DNA from: Bacteroidota bacterium
GTDB lineage: Bacteria; Bacteroidota; Bacteroidia; NS11-12g; UBA955
NCBI GenBank assembly: GCA_013205405.1
Contig: JABMMZ010000041.1
Coordinates: forward strand, 9,718 to 73,717
Direction of reading: 5' to 3'
DNA length: 64,000 bases
The first letter of the stretch is position 1. Each line of letters opens with the position of its first letter. This document shows, in pieces, positions 48,404-57,913 of the stretch. A program made the position numbers and the translations under genes. The notes under the pieces are model-generated. The model was not told the origin of the DNA and did not search any database. It saw only the letters and a program-made list of their open reading frames with translations.

Positions 48404-49479
48404 TGTTTATAAAAGAAGATGTTTTAAAAGCCTTAAGTCATGTTGATGATCCAGATTTAAACAAAGATTTGGTAACTCTTAATATGATAAGAGATATTGA
48501 GATTAAGGATAATGAATTATGGTTCTCCGTATTTTTAACCACACCTGCTTGCCCACTAAAGGAAATGATAGAAACGGCCTGTAGAAACGCTATTTCACAC
48601 TTTATTTCGCCAAATATTAAAGTTCACATAAAAATGACAGCCGAGGTAATGGCCGATAATAAAACAACGGCTCAATTACCAAATGTAAAAAATATAATAG
48701 CCATAGCTAGTGGCAAAGGTGGTGTTGGCAAAAGCACAGTATCGGCAAGTTTGGCCGCTATTTTAAATCAATATGGCGCTTCTGTTGGTTTGTTAGATGC
48801 AGATATTTATGGGCCATCTATCCCGTTAATGTTTGGTGTTCAAAATAAAGGAATTGAAATGGTGGTGGAGGAGGGCAAAGAATTAATGCAGCCCATAAAT
48901 GCAGACGGTGTAAAATTATTTTCTATAGGATTTTTATCTAAACCAGATGAAGCCATTGTATGGCGTGGCCCTATGATTTCGCAAGCCTTAAAACAATTTA
49001 TAAATGGTGTAAATTGGGGAGAGTTAGATTACTTAATAATAGATTTACCACCCGGCACAGGCGATGTACAACTTACACTTGTACAAACCTTACCTATAAC
49101 AGGAGCTGTAATAGTAACTACGCCACAAAATATGGCCATATCCGATGCCAAAAGAGCAGCAGCTATGTTTGCAATGCCTAGTATTAATATACCTATTTTA
49201 GGTGTCATAGAAAATATGGCTTATTTTACACCAACAGATATGCCCGATAAAAAATATTATATTTTTGGACAAGGCGGTGCTCAAGTATTAGCAGAGCAAT
49301 TTAACACTAAGGTAATTGGTCAGTTGCCAATTCAGGAAAATTTAATGACTGATTTAGATACAGGAAAAATAAGCAATAGTTCAAGTTTGAAAAATTTTTC
49401 CGAAATTGCCAAACGATTAGCACAAAGTATAGCTATACAAAATTCGAAAAACAACAATGAAAGCGCAAGTAAAGGATAA
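48403..49479 (+). CDS. mrp: Mrp/NBP35 (ApbC) family iron-sulfur cluster carrier ATPase
   Basis: N-terminal DUF59-like domain. Deviant Walker A SGKGGVGKST. DLPPGTGD. Confidence 0.92.
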   Translation: MFIKEDVLKALSHVDDPDLNKDLVTLNMIRDIEIKDNELWFSVFLTTPACPLKEMIETACRNAISHFISPNIKVHIKMTAEVMADNKTTAQLPNVKNIIAIASGKGGVGKSTVSASLAAILNQYGASVGLLDADIYGPSIPLMFGVQNKGIEMVVEEGKELMQPINADGVKLFSIGFLSKPDEAIVWRGPMISQALKQFINGVNWGELDYLIIDLPPGTGDVQLTLVQTLPITGAVIVTTPQNMAISDAKRAAAMFAMPSINIPILGVIENMAYFTPTDMPDKKYYIFGQGGAQVLAEQFNTKVIGQLPIQENLMTDLDTGKISNSSSLKNFSEIAKRLAQSIAIQNSKNNNESASKG

Positions 49480-49693
49480 AATAGAAGAAGCATTAAACTC
49501 GGTACGTCCTTTCTTAGCCAAGGATGGTGGCAATGTAGAATTAATAGATATGGACGACAATAACGTAGTAACACTTAAGTTGCTAGGTGCTTGCAGTGGT
49601 TGCTCTATGAGCCACATGACCATGAAAGCAGGCATTGAAGAAGCTATAAAAAAGGTGCTTCCTGAGGTAAAATCTGTAATAGCTATAGATTAG
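49457..49693 (+). CDS. NifU-like Fe-S cluster assembly domain protein
   Basis: VRPFLAKDGGNVELI and the CSGCSMS motif. Overlaps mrp by 23 nt. Confidence 0.88.
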   Translation: MKAQVKDKIEEALNSVRPFLAKDGGNVELIDMDDNNVVTLKLLGACSGCSMSHMTMKAGIEEAIKKVLPEVKSVIAID

Positions 49694-49700
49694 TAATACT

Positions 49701-50483
49701 ATGCGTGCTATATTCAGATTTATAGCTGCCAATAATTTTTTAACCATTTTAGTAGCTTTTATTTGTTTTCGTTTCTTTTCTGTTTTTTATAACCAGACTG
49801 TAGATTATTTTTTTTGTTTTGGCGCAACTTTTTTTTGCTGGTTAGTTTATTTTATAGATAAATTAAAAGATACCAAAGCGCTTTCATTAAATACGGTTTC
49901 GAGACACACACTTTCTACTAATGATAAAATTATTCAATATTTATTAGGTAGTATTTTAGCCATATTATGTGTAGTAAATTTTCACGCATTTTCTATTAAA
50001 AATTATTTAATAATACTTTTTAGCATACCCTTAATTTTTTTTTATTTTTTAATTTCCAAAAGGTATTTAAAGTATATCAAAGAAATATTCTCTACCTCAG
50101 TAATAGTGCTTGTTGTTTCAATATTTCCTATTATTACACAGCTAAATTTAATGCAGCCTATACTTCATTTATTGTTTTTTCTAATGGTAATTTGTAATAT
50201 GTTTTTGCTAAGTATAAGCGATTTTGAAATAGATAAAACGAATCATTTTGTGTCGCTTTCTACTTCCATTGGTGGCCGTTTATTAGCAATTTTTTTCTTT
50301 ATAATTTTGGCAATTATTTTACTATTAAGTATGTATATCAAAGTTTCATTTATAGCCAATTGGGCCATATTTTATACTGTATCTAGTATTTTAATATGGA
50401 TACTATCAAAAAAAAATGGAGATAAAAATTTGGTTCATATTTTGGCAGATTCTCTCTTTCTATTTCCAATTATTTTCTTATAA
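49701..50483 (+). CDS. Hypothetical polytopic membrane protein (weak UbiA-like Asp motifs)
   Basis: 260 aa, 7-8 TM helices. DFEID is a possible DxxxD motif. The assignment is weak. Confidence 0.5.
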   Translation: MRAIFRFIAANNFLTILVAFICFRFFSVFYNQTVDYFFCFGATFFCWLVYFIDKLKDTKALSLNTVSRHTLSTNDKIIQYLLGSILAILCVVNFHAFSIKNYLIILFSIPLIFFYFLISKRYLKYIKEIFSTSVIVLVVSIFPIITQLNLMQPILHLLFFLMVICNMFLLSISDFEIDKTNHFVSLSTSIGGRLLAIFFFIILAIILLLSMYIKVSFIANWAIFYTVSSILIWILSKKNGDKNLVHILADSLFLFPIIFL

Positions 50484-51014
50484 ATGATAGCAAGTTTCGC
50501 ACCTTGCTTCGTAATAATTTTCGGCACCTATTAATACCAAAACTTTATTATCTGCTTTTCTATACGTATAATTTGCTAGTGTCCCGCAAACATTACATTT
50601 AGCAAAAAGTTCGTGGTTATCAGCAGCCATTTGCATTAAAAGAGGCATTAAACCAAAGGGACGAGCGAGATAATCTTTATCTAATCCTGCAGCAGCTATA
50701 TTAATACCTTTGGCAAGAAAACGTTTTAAGTCAGCATAAAATATTTTATCAAAAAATTGTGCCTCATCTATGGCTATTAATTTTGTAAAAGGCGTAATAA
50801 GTTCGTCAATATTACTATCTCTTTCAATGCTGTTACACGCTATAGATTTTCCATCATGTGTTTTTATAAAATCAAGACCTGCTCTAAAATCAAGACTAGG
50901 TTTAAGAATTAAAATTTCACTTAATTTATAATCTGAACTTTGGATATGGTTAAGTAATGCAGTCGTTTTTCCTGCAAACATGCACCCGTAAAAAGTAATT
51001 AATTTACCTGCCAT
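50478..51014 (-). CDS. tdk: Thymidine kinase
   Basis: P-loop GCMFAGKTT, DEAQFF, and a C-terminal zinc ribbon (CNVCG...CETC). Confidence 0.92.
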   Translation of the reverse strand: MAGKLITFYGCMFAGKTTALLNHIQSSDYKLSEILILKPSLDFRAGLDFIKTHDGKSIACNSIERDSNIDELITPFTKLIAIDEAQFFDKIFYADLKRFLAKGINIAAAGLDKDYLARPFGLMPLLMQMAADNHELFAKCNVCGTLANYTYRKADNKVLVLIGAENYYEARCETCYHL

Positions 51015-51084
51015 AGCTTAATGCTACAAATTTCCATAAAACTTAAATAATATTTTATAAATGTGGAAAAAATAATATTTTTGA

Positions 51085-52611
51085 TATATTTGCAATTAAA
51101 GGCATGTATATTGGATGATGAGGCATTGGCAATTGCCTCTTTAAGAGTTGATTTAGAATGACATTTTCCAGATGTAATTATATTAGAGACTTTTCAATCT
51201 CTTCAAAAGCAAAAGAATTTAATAGAAAACAAGACATATGCAAATAATTTATACATTGATAGTAAAAATAGGGTTTGGCTAACATCAGAAGTTGGAGGCT
51301 TATATTGTTTTTTTCAAAATGAAAAAAATGCTTGCATTATTCTTTTAGCGATGGTTTACTTTCTTCATCTACTTATTTAGTAAAAGAAGACAAAAGTAAA
51401 AGAATTTTTGTGAATACTTATAAAGAACTTTATTATTTTAATGAAGCCCAAGGAAGATTTATTGATTTCGATAATCTATTAAGTAAAAAACCCAACGGTT
51501 GGTATGAAGGATTTTTATATGTTAATCCAAACAACCAACTAATATTAACCAGATTAAATGAAATTAATAAAAATGTTGTAATTGATGCAAAAAATGAAGC
51601 AGCTTTATTGACTGAAATATTTGGAGCCAACTACTCTATTGTCAATCCCAAAGATGGCATTTCTATCCCAAAATATCAAAATGATGTTAACTTTCTATTC
51701 TCTAATTTCGATTTTGCTAATAGCGATGAAATTATTTTCGAGCACCAATTTTCTGGCGATAAAAATTGGAAACAATTGGATAAAGGAGTAAACAAACTAT
51801 CTTTCGCAAGTTTAAAGGCAGGCAGTTATTCAATTAATTATAGAATTTTAGGAAATTTAGAAGCAAAATACTTTTAATTTTAAAATTTCTGAAGTTTGGT
51901 ATAAAAGCAATTGGTTTTACATTTTTTTAGGTCTAATTTTCATTGGTTTTATTCTGTTTTATTACAATAAAAATAACCGTGAAAAACAACTTGAAAAAAG
52001 AGTATCAGAATTAAAATTAATCTCTTTCTATTCTCAATTGAATCCGCACTTTCTATTTAATTGCTTAACCTCTATTTCCGGTTTAATAAAAACAAAAGAG
52101 TACAATAAATCAGAAATAGTTTTAAATAATCTCGCTAAATTAATGTGGTCTATTCTAATCAACGCAACTAAAGATTTGATTACTCTTGAAGAAGAAATAA
52201 AAATCAGAAAGTTATACCTAGATAGAAAAAGTTAGAAAAGACAGCACATTTGATTATACAATTGATATAGATGTTAATATAAATCAGTCAACATTATAGC
52301 CTCCACTCCTACTGCAAACATTTTTAGAAAACAGCATTAAACATGGTTTTGTTTATACAACAAAAGAGAAACCAAGATTAATTGAAATAAAAGTTAGTAA
52401 CAATAAAAAACAACTATTTATATCAATAAAAGATAATGGAATTGCTATAGTAGAGCAAAAGAACAAAACTAATCAGCACCAATCTTTAGGCATAAATATA
52501 CATAAAGAACGATTCTTACAATATCAGGAAACACATCAAATAGGAGTTGAGTTGGTTTTAAAGTTTAAAAAAGACAATGGCGCTGAAATCTCTATAATGA
52601 TTGATATTTAG
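51085..52611 (+). pseudogene. Decayed two-component locus: a response-regulator receiver fragment fused to remnants of a propeller/Y_Y_Y/LytS-type sensor histidine kinase
   Basis: The locus carries these lesions, 5' to 3'. A -7 box TATATTTG at 51085-51092. A receiver N-terminus KACILDDEALAIASLRVDLE with an in-frame TGA at 51159-51161. Propeller-like NNLYIDSKNRVWLTSEVGGLYCF. A frame change at an A7 run (about 51321-51327). The Y_Y_Y region (ORF 51332-51877). A frame change near 51878 into the TM segment plus NPHFLFNCL His-kinase box. A frame change near 52235. An in-frame TAG at 52297-52299 just before PPLLLQTFLENSIKHG and the HATPase tail that ends at 52611. Confidence 0.75.
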
Positions 52612-52704
52612 ATTTTAAAAAACTCTAATTTGATATTATTATTCAATTAGATTCCTATTATCATTTAGTAATATTCAAAAATACCTTTTCTTTGCTGTAA
52701 GCTA

Positions 52705-54363
52705 ATGAATAAAGATAAATTAATCAATTGGATACAAACAACCTCAGGTTTATGGGTAGTTTTTATTGCGTGGTCTTTATTTATATCTAATCTTTGGCTG
52801 CCAAGAAATTGGGGCTTTTATGGTAATAACGATTGGGATTTAACCTATGCCACCTTTGAGGCTGCTCGTAAAAGTATTATGGAATATGGAGAATGGCCAA
52901 TATTTAATCCTTATGCAGCTTTTGGAACAGATACAGTGGCTAATCCACAAGCTGTAAATGGGGGTATTTTCTTTATTCCTGTGTTAATTTTTGGTACATT
53001 TTATGGTTACAAATTATCATTATTATTGGCTATTATTATTGGTTGTTGGGGCAGTTTTAAGTGCTTTAAGTTAATTAATAATAATAAGTGGATAGCGCTT
53101 TTAGTAACCTTTTTATTTGTTGGCTGTAGTTTTTTTAGCCGCCATTTATTTGAGGCTGGGCATAGTAATGTAATGTATTTATACCTATTGCCTTGGATAA
53201 TTTATGGGCTGCAAAAAATATTGATAAAACCTACCATGGGTCATGTAATTCTCCCCATTTTTTTACTAGCACAAACTTTAACAAGTGGCGCACCTATCGT
53301 ATTTATAACCTGCTGTATTTTAATATTAATGTGGAGTATTGGATTATGTTTTATTGAAAAAAGGGGAATTAAACCAATTATTTTTTTCAGTAATATAATA
53401 CTCATAAGTATAGGGATTAGTATGTGGAAAATATGGCCAGTTATTCAATATTGGCAGCATGCACCGCGCTTGGTTAAAGATGACAGTGGTATTAATTTAT
53501 TAGTATGGCTCCAATCACTGGCAGATTTTGAAACGGATACGCGCACTTGGCATGATTGGTTCGAGTTTTCACTCGGTTTTAGTCTGATATTAGTGGGTAT
53601 AATTTATCTTTATATCAAGCAAATCAAAAATTATCAATATTGGCTATTTCTAGCAATACCTTTATTGTGGTTATGTATGGGAAATATACCTGAGAATTTT
53701 AGTTTATGGCATATACTTAATACTTATGCACCCATATTTTCTAGCTTACGGGCACCCTATCGTTTTGGTATTATAATAGTGTTTGTATTATGCATTACTT
53801 TAATGCGTGTATTGCGGGATATAGAATATTCAGACATATTATGGATAGTATTATTCTTTGCTGTAATTTCACAAACCTTAAACTTTAATGCTACAAGTAA
53901 GAAATTTACCAATAGTAAACGCTTAGATGATATAAAGGTGACTAAGAATATGGAGGTTAAACCAATTAAAATTAGAAAATCTGAGTATAAACATCAGTTT
54001 TTATTTATTCAAAAAAATTATTTAATACAAAATGCTTACGAACCATTGTTTTTAAGCAAGGTTACCGATACATCTAATAGTTTAGTTCAAGGTGCACAAT
54101 TGGTTTCGTTTTCGCCTAATAAAATAGTTTTAATGGATTGTGATAGTGCTGTAAATGTTAATTTGCGGTATAATCATTTTTGGACAATTAGTGGTAAGGG
54201 TAATTTGATGTCCCACAATGGAGATATTCAGATTAATAACGCTAAAGGGAATATTACGCTAACGTATTTTAATACCGATATTTGGACAGGACTTTGGCTA
54301 AGTTTTTACTCGCTCATTATCCTACTCATTTCGTTTTGGAGTTATATTAAGTATTATGCTTAA
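52705..54363 (+). CDS. Large polytopic membrane protein, glycosyltransferase-like (hypothetical)
   Basis: 552 aa, more than 10 TM helices. N-terminal NDWDLTYATFEAARKSIMEYGEWPIFNP block. No catalytic motif that I can assign with confidence. Confidence 0.55.
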   Translation: MNKDKLINWIQTTSGLWVVFIAWSLFISNLWLPRNWGFYGNNDWDLTYATFEAARKSIMEYGEWPIFNPYAAFGTDTVANPQAVNGGIFFIPVLIFGTFYGYKLSLLLAIIIGCWGSFKCFKLINNNKWIALLVTFLFVGCSFFSRHLFEAGHSNVMYLYLLPWIIYGLQKILIKPTMGHVILPIFLLAQTLTSGAPIVFITCCILILMWSIGLCFIEKRGIKPIIFFSNIILISIGISMWKIWPVIQYWQHAPRLVKDDSGINLLVWLQSLADFETDTRTWHDWFEFSLGFSLILVGIIYLYIKQIKNYQYWLFLAIPLLWLCMGNIPENFSLWHILNTYAPIFSSLRAPYRFGIIIVFVLCITLMRVLRDIEYSDILWIVLFFAVISQTLNFNATSKKFTNSKRLDDIKVTKNMEVKPIKIRKSEYKHQFLFIQKNYLIQNAYEPLFLSKVTDTSNSLVQGAQLVSFSPNKIVLMDCDSAVNVNLRYNHFWTISGKGNLMSHNGDIQINNAKGNITLTYFNTDIWTGLWLSFYSLIILLISFWSYIKYYA

Positions 54364-54366
54364 TTA

Positions 54367-56208
54367 TTATAAAACCTGTAAAGCGTTTAAATTTCTGTAA
54401 ATACCATTTTCGAGAGCTATTAAGTCATTGTGATTGCCCTGTTCAGTAATTACACCCTTGTCTATTACAATTATATTATCTGCATTTCTAATGGTGCTTA
54501 ATCTATGGGCTATTACAATACTGGTGCGATTTTGCATTAAATCTTCTAATGCTTCTTGTACTAATAATTCACTTTCGCTATCTAAGGCACTCGTAGCTTC
54601 ATCTAAAACCAATATAGCAGGATTCTTTAAAATAGCCCGCGCTATTGCGATACGTTGTTTTTGTCCTCCAGACAATTGTATACCTCTTTCACCCACTAAA
54701 GTATTAAATTTTTCAGGAAAAGTTTCAATAAATTGCTAAGCATTGGCTCTTTTTGAAGCAGCAATTACTTCTGCTTCCGCAGCATTGGGCTTGCCATATA
54801 AAATATTATCGTATATGGTACCTCCAAATAAAATAACATCTTGTGGTACATAAGCTATATTACTTCTTAAATGCTTTAAATCATAAGCGTTTATATTTTT
54901 ATCATCAATTAATATGGTGCCCTTATCAGCATCATAAAAACGCAATATCATAGCAGCAATTGTACTTTTTCCTCCACCACTGCCGCCAACAATAGCTACT
55001 TGTTCTCCTTTATTTACGCTAAATGAAATATTTTTTAAAATAGTAAGCTCCTTTCTAGAAGGATAACTAAATTCAACATTTTTAAACTCAATTTTGCCAT
55101 TTAATTTTGAGTCATTAGTATTTTCTATCGAGTCAATTATCTCCCCATCCAAGCCCATTAATTCTCTAACACGTTGTGTAGCACCTATGGTTTTTTGCAA
55201 TTGACCAAACATTTCTGCAAAGCCACCTAAAGTGCCACCCACGAAGCCACTGTATATAACAAATTGAATTAAACCATCTACTGATAATTCATGGGGAATT
55301 AATTGAGCACCATACCATACTACAAAGCCAATAGCACCAAATACTGCAAAAATAATAAATGACACAAAGAACCCTCTATATACGCCACTTTTTACAGCAA
55401 ATTCAATTAAGCTATTAATATTATTACTATAGCGTTTACCTTCTATGGCTTCACCTGTAAACGCTTTCACTACACTAATACCTTGCAAGGTTTCTTGAAC
55501 CACAGTGCCACTATCTGCCAGCATATCAGTTTCTTTTCTACTCATTGTTCTAATTTTACCACTAAAAAAAACTGCTGCTAATGCAATAAGTGGTACTATA
55601 GAAAGCATTATTAAGGCAAGCTTCCATGAAATAAAAAAGATAAAACTAATGCCAATAACTAAGGTTAAAACACCTCTCAGAAATTCAGCTAGTACAAATG
55701 AAACAGTGTCTTGAATTTGACCAGTATCAGAAGAAATTCTGCTGCTAAGTTCTCCAACCCTTTGCGCACTAAAAAAACTCATTGGTAAACTAATTAATTT
55801 GCCAAACAAAGATTTTCTTAAATCAGCTGTGGCATTGGTGCCTGCTTTAGTTAGCAGGTACACACGCATAAAAGAAAAAATCGTTTGTATACTTAATTGT
55901 ATAAAAACGAACAATAAAGTGACATTCAAAGGCCATTTTTCATTTGTTATTTTAAAACCATCAAACCATTTAGAAGTCACAGCATTAGTTGGTAAATTCA
56001 CAGAATTGTTACTTACAGCACCTATAATTTTCCCCATAAGAAATGGGAAGGCCATAGTGCTAAATGCAGACAAAGAAATAAAAATTAAGCCGCCTATAAA
56101 ATAGCGTCTATAGGGTTTTAAGTATTTAAAGATAAATAAAAGTTCTGCTATAGATTGTTTGGTAATTTTTACCTTGGGAATATCTCTATCTTGTCTTGGG
56201 CCAGCCAT
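54367..56208 (-). pseudogene. MsbA/ABCB-type ABC exporter (fused permease-ATPase) interrupted by a single in-frame TAG
   Basis: 490-aa ORF (six-TM domain plus Walker A GGSGGGKST). Then TAG at 54736-54738. The same frame continues [28 protein letters not shown]...[11 protein letters not shown]...IAHRL to TAA at 54367. 54367-54738 is 372 nt, so the two parts are in frame. Confidence 0.8.
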
Positions 56209-56294
56209 GGTGTTAAAAAAGTATGCAAATTTAGGTTCTTATTCGGTTATAGATAATAAAAAAGATGAAAATTACGTTATTAAGATAAATAACT

Positions 56295-56302
56295 TATTTT
56301 TG
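56295..56302 (+). promoter_or_regulatory. Bacteroidota -7 promoter box (TATTTTTG) upstream of a 39-aa lipoprotein ORF
   Basis: TAnnTTTG match 4 nt upstream of the ATG at 56307. The transcript would have a very short leader or none. Confidence 0.35.
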
Positions 56303-56306
56303 CCTT

Positions 56307-56426
56307 ATGAAAACTATTAAAATTTTAGCTGTTGTTTGTTTTGTATTTATATTAGTTTCTGCCTGTGGTGGTAGAAAAAAATGTAATGGAAGAAGCGGAA
56401 CAAAAGTAGAAATGGGAATAATGTAA
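56307..56426 (+). CDS. Candidate 39-aa lipoprotein, below the ORF-track cutoff
   Basis: ATG to TAA. Translation: MKTIKILAVVCFVFILVSACGGRKKCNGRSGTKVEMGIM. Canonical signal peptide plus lipobox LVSAC. Ends 16 nt upstream of the next gene. Confidence 0.45.
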   Translation: MKTIKILAVVCFVFILVSACGGRKKCNGRSGTKVEMGIM

Positions 56427-56442
56427 AAAGCATTAATCAGCT

Positions 56443-57909
56443 TTGCAGGTTTTATCAATTTCTAATTTATTTAAATCAAGTAAAAGCAATTTTTACTTTG
56501 GAATTGTGGCAACTATTGCAGTGGCTTATGGCTTATTCTTAAATATGATACAGCCAGGTGATATTGATATTGATTCTGCAATTTGTGGTGCTGTGGCTAA
56601 TAAGAATACATCCCAGGGTGGATTATACATTTCTGCTTGGGAAAATAAACCACCGGCACTTATTTATTTATTGCAAGGCTTAATGTTTTTCTCCCAAAAT
56701 AAAGTTTATATATTTTTTAGCTTGGCCTTATTTAGTGCTATATTTTTAGCCTTAGGTATTTATTTTTTGGTTTATAAATATGTTCAATCTGTTACTGTTG
56801 CTATAATTTTATGCACCTTTAGTTTTGGCGTAATTATTCAGCCTCACTTTTACGGCTATGGTTTATATACAGAATTATTTTGTGCCATTTTTTTGGTTTA
56901 TGCTTTGGTTTTTTACGAATATCCATCCATTAAAAATCATATTTACATAGCCGCAATTTTTGCAGGTTTTTCTTTTTGGTTTAAAGAGCCTTGCTTATTG
57001 GCAGCAATGTCAATTTTGGGTTTATTGATAACAAAAAACAAACAAAAATCTGTTCAATTTAAACTACTATTTTACTTTTTTTTACCAAGTATTTATTTTA
57101 TTTTATTATTAATGCTAAATGGCTCTTTAATAGCATTTATAAAGACCATTCAATATAATTTTGCCTATATAAATACCCAAGAGAGGGCTTCATTATTTAA
57201 AAAATTAGTTGATTTCCGAACTTCTTTTATTTATCCTTCAATATTTTTAATTTTAGCTCTTTTAATGCTCTTTTATTGGCTTTTAAAAAAGAAAAAACTA
57301 AATGTAGAACATCTTTTTTTTACTTTAATAACATTATCAAGTAGCTTGTTTTTTATTTTATCTCCTTATTTCTTTGGTCATTATTATTTAACTTTTGTTA
57401 TCATGTTTTTTGTGCTTGTAGGCAAGTTTTATGAAAGCTACAAACTAAGTGTAAAATTTACCAATAGTCTTTTTATAGCCATTTGTTTTTATTTAACATA
57501 TCTAAGTATAAACCATTATGTAAAACCGCAATTTACTTATAAAATACATGATTATCAACCAGATAATATTACTAAAAAACTAATTGCAGAACCTAACAAA
57601 ACACTTTTTGTAGATTATGCCTATGCGGTAGAGTATTTGATAAAAAGTAATAATATTCACCATGCTTTTTTACCTGTGCCTTTGTCAGTTCATTTTAATG
57701 AAACGCCATTGGGCATCAAAAATCGAGAAAGAATTTGGTACGAAATGAACCATCCCAAAGCTGATTTTTTAATTACCACACATACTACATCTTATTTTTA
57801 TTGGTCATTACCTAATCATTATTTTTATGAAGAATTTTACGAAAAAATAGACAGTATCCATAAGAAAGACGATAATGTAATGTACCTTTGGCAACTCAAA
57901 AAAAAGTAA
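56443..57909 (+). CDS. GT-C fold glycosyltransferase (family 39/83, ArnT/PMT-like) membrane protein
   Basis: 488 aa, more than 10 TM helices. The first-loop motif WENKPPALIYL resembles the D/E-x-KPPL motif of ArnT/PMT-type enzymes. TTG start. Confidence 0.6.
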   Translation: MQVLSISNLFKSSKSNFYFGIVATIAVAYGLFLNMIQPGDIDIDSAICGAVANKNTSQGGLYISAWENKPPALIYLLQGLMFFSQNKVYIFFSLALFSAIFLALGIYFLVYKYVQSVTVAIILCTFSFGVIIQPHFYGYGLYTELFCAIFLVYALVFYEYPSIKNHIYIAAIFAGFSFWFKEPCLLAAMSILGLLITKNKQKSVQFKLLFYFFLPSIYFILLLMLNGSLIAFIKTIQYNFAYINTQERASLFKKLVDFRTSFIYPSIFLILALLMLFYWLLKKKKLNVEHLFFTLITLSSSLFFILSPYFFGHYYLTFVIMFFVLVGKFYESYKLSVKFTNSLFIAICFYLTYLSINHYVKPQFTYKIHDYQPDNITKKLIAEPNKTLFVDYAYAVEYLIKSNNIHHAFLPVPLSVHFNETPLGIKNRERIWYEMNHPKADFLITTHTTSYFYWSLPNHYFYEEFYEKIDSIHKKDDNVMYLWQLKKK

Positions 57910-57913
57910 TTTT

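Noticed and set aside
54434-54739. 101-aa plus-strand ORF bridging the break in the ABC exporter
   Set aside because: It is antisense to clear ABC ATPase motifs (LSGGQ, Walker B) and shows no features of its own.
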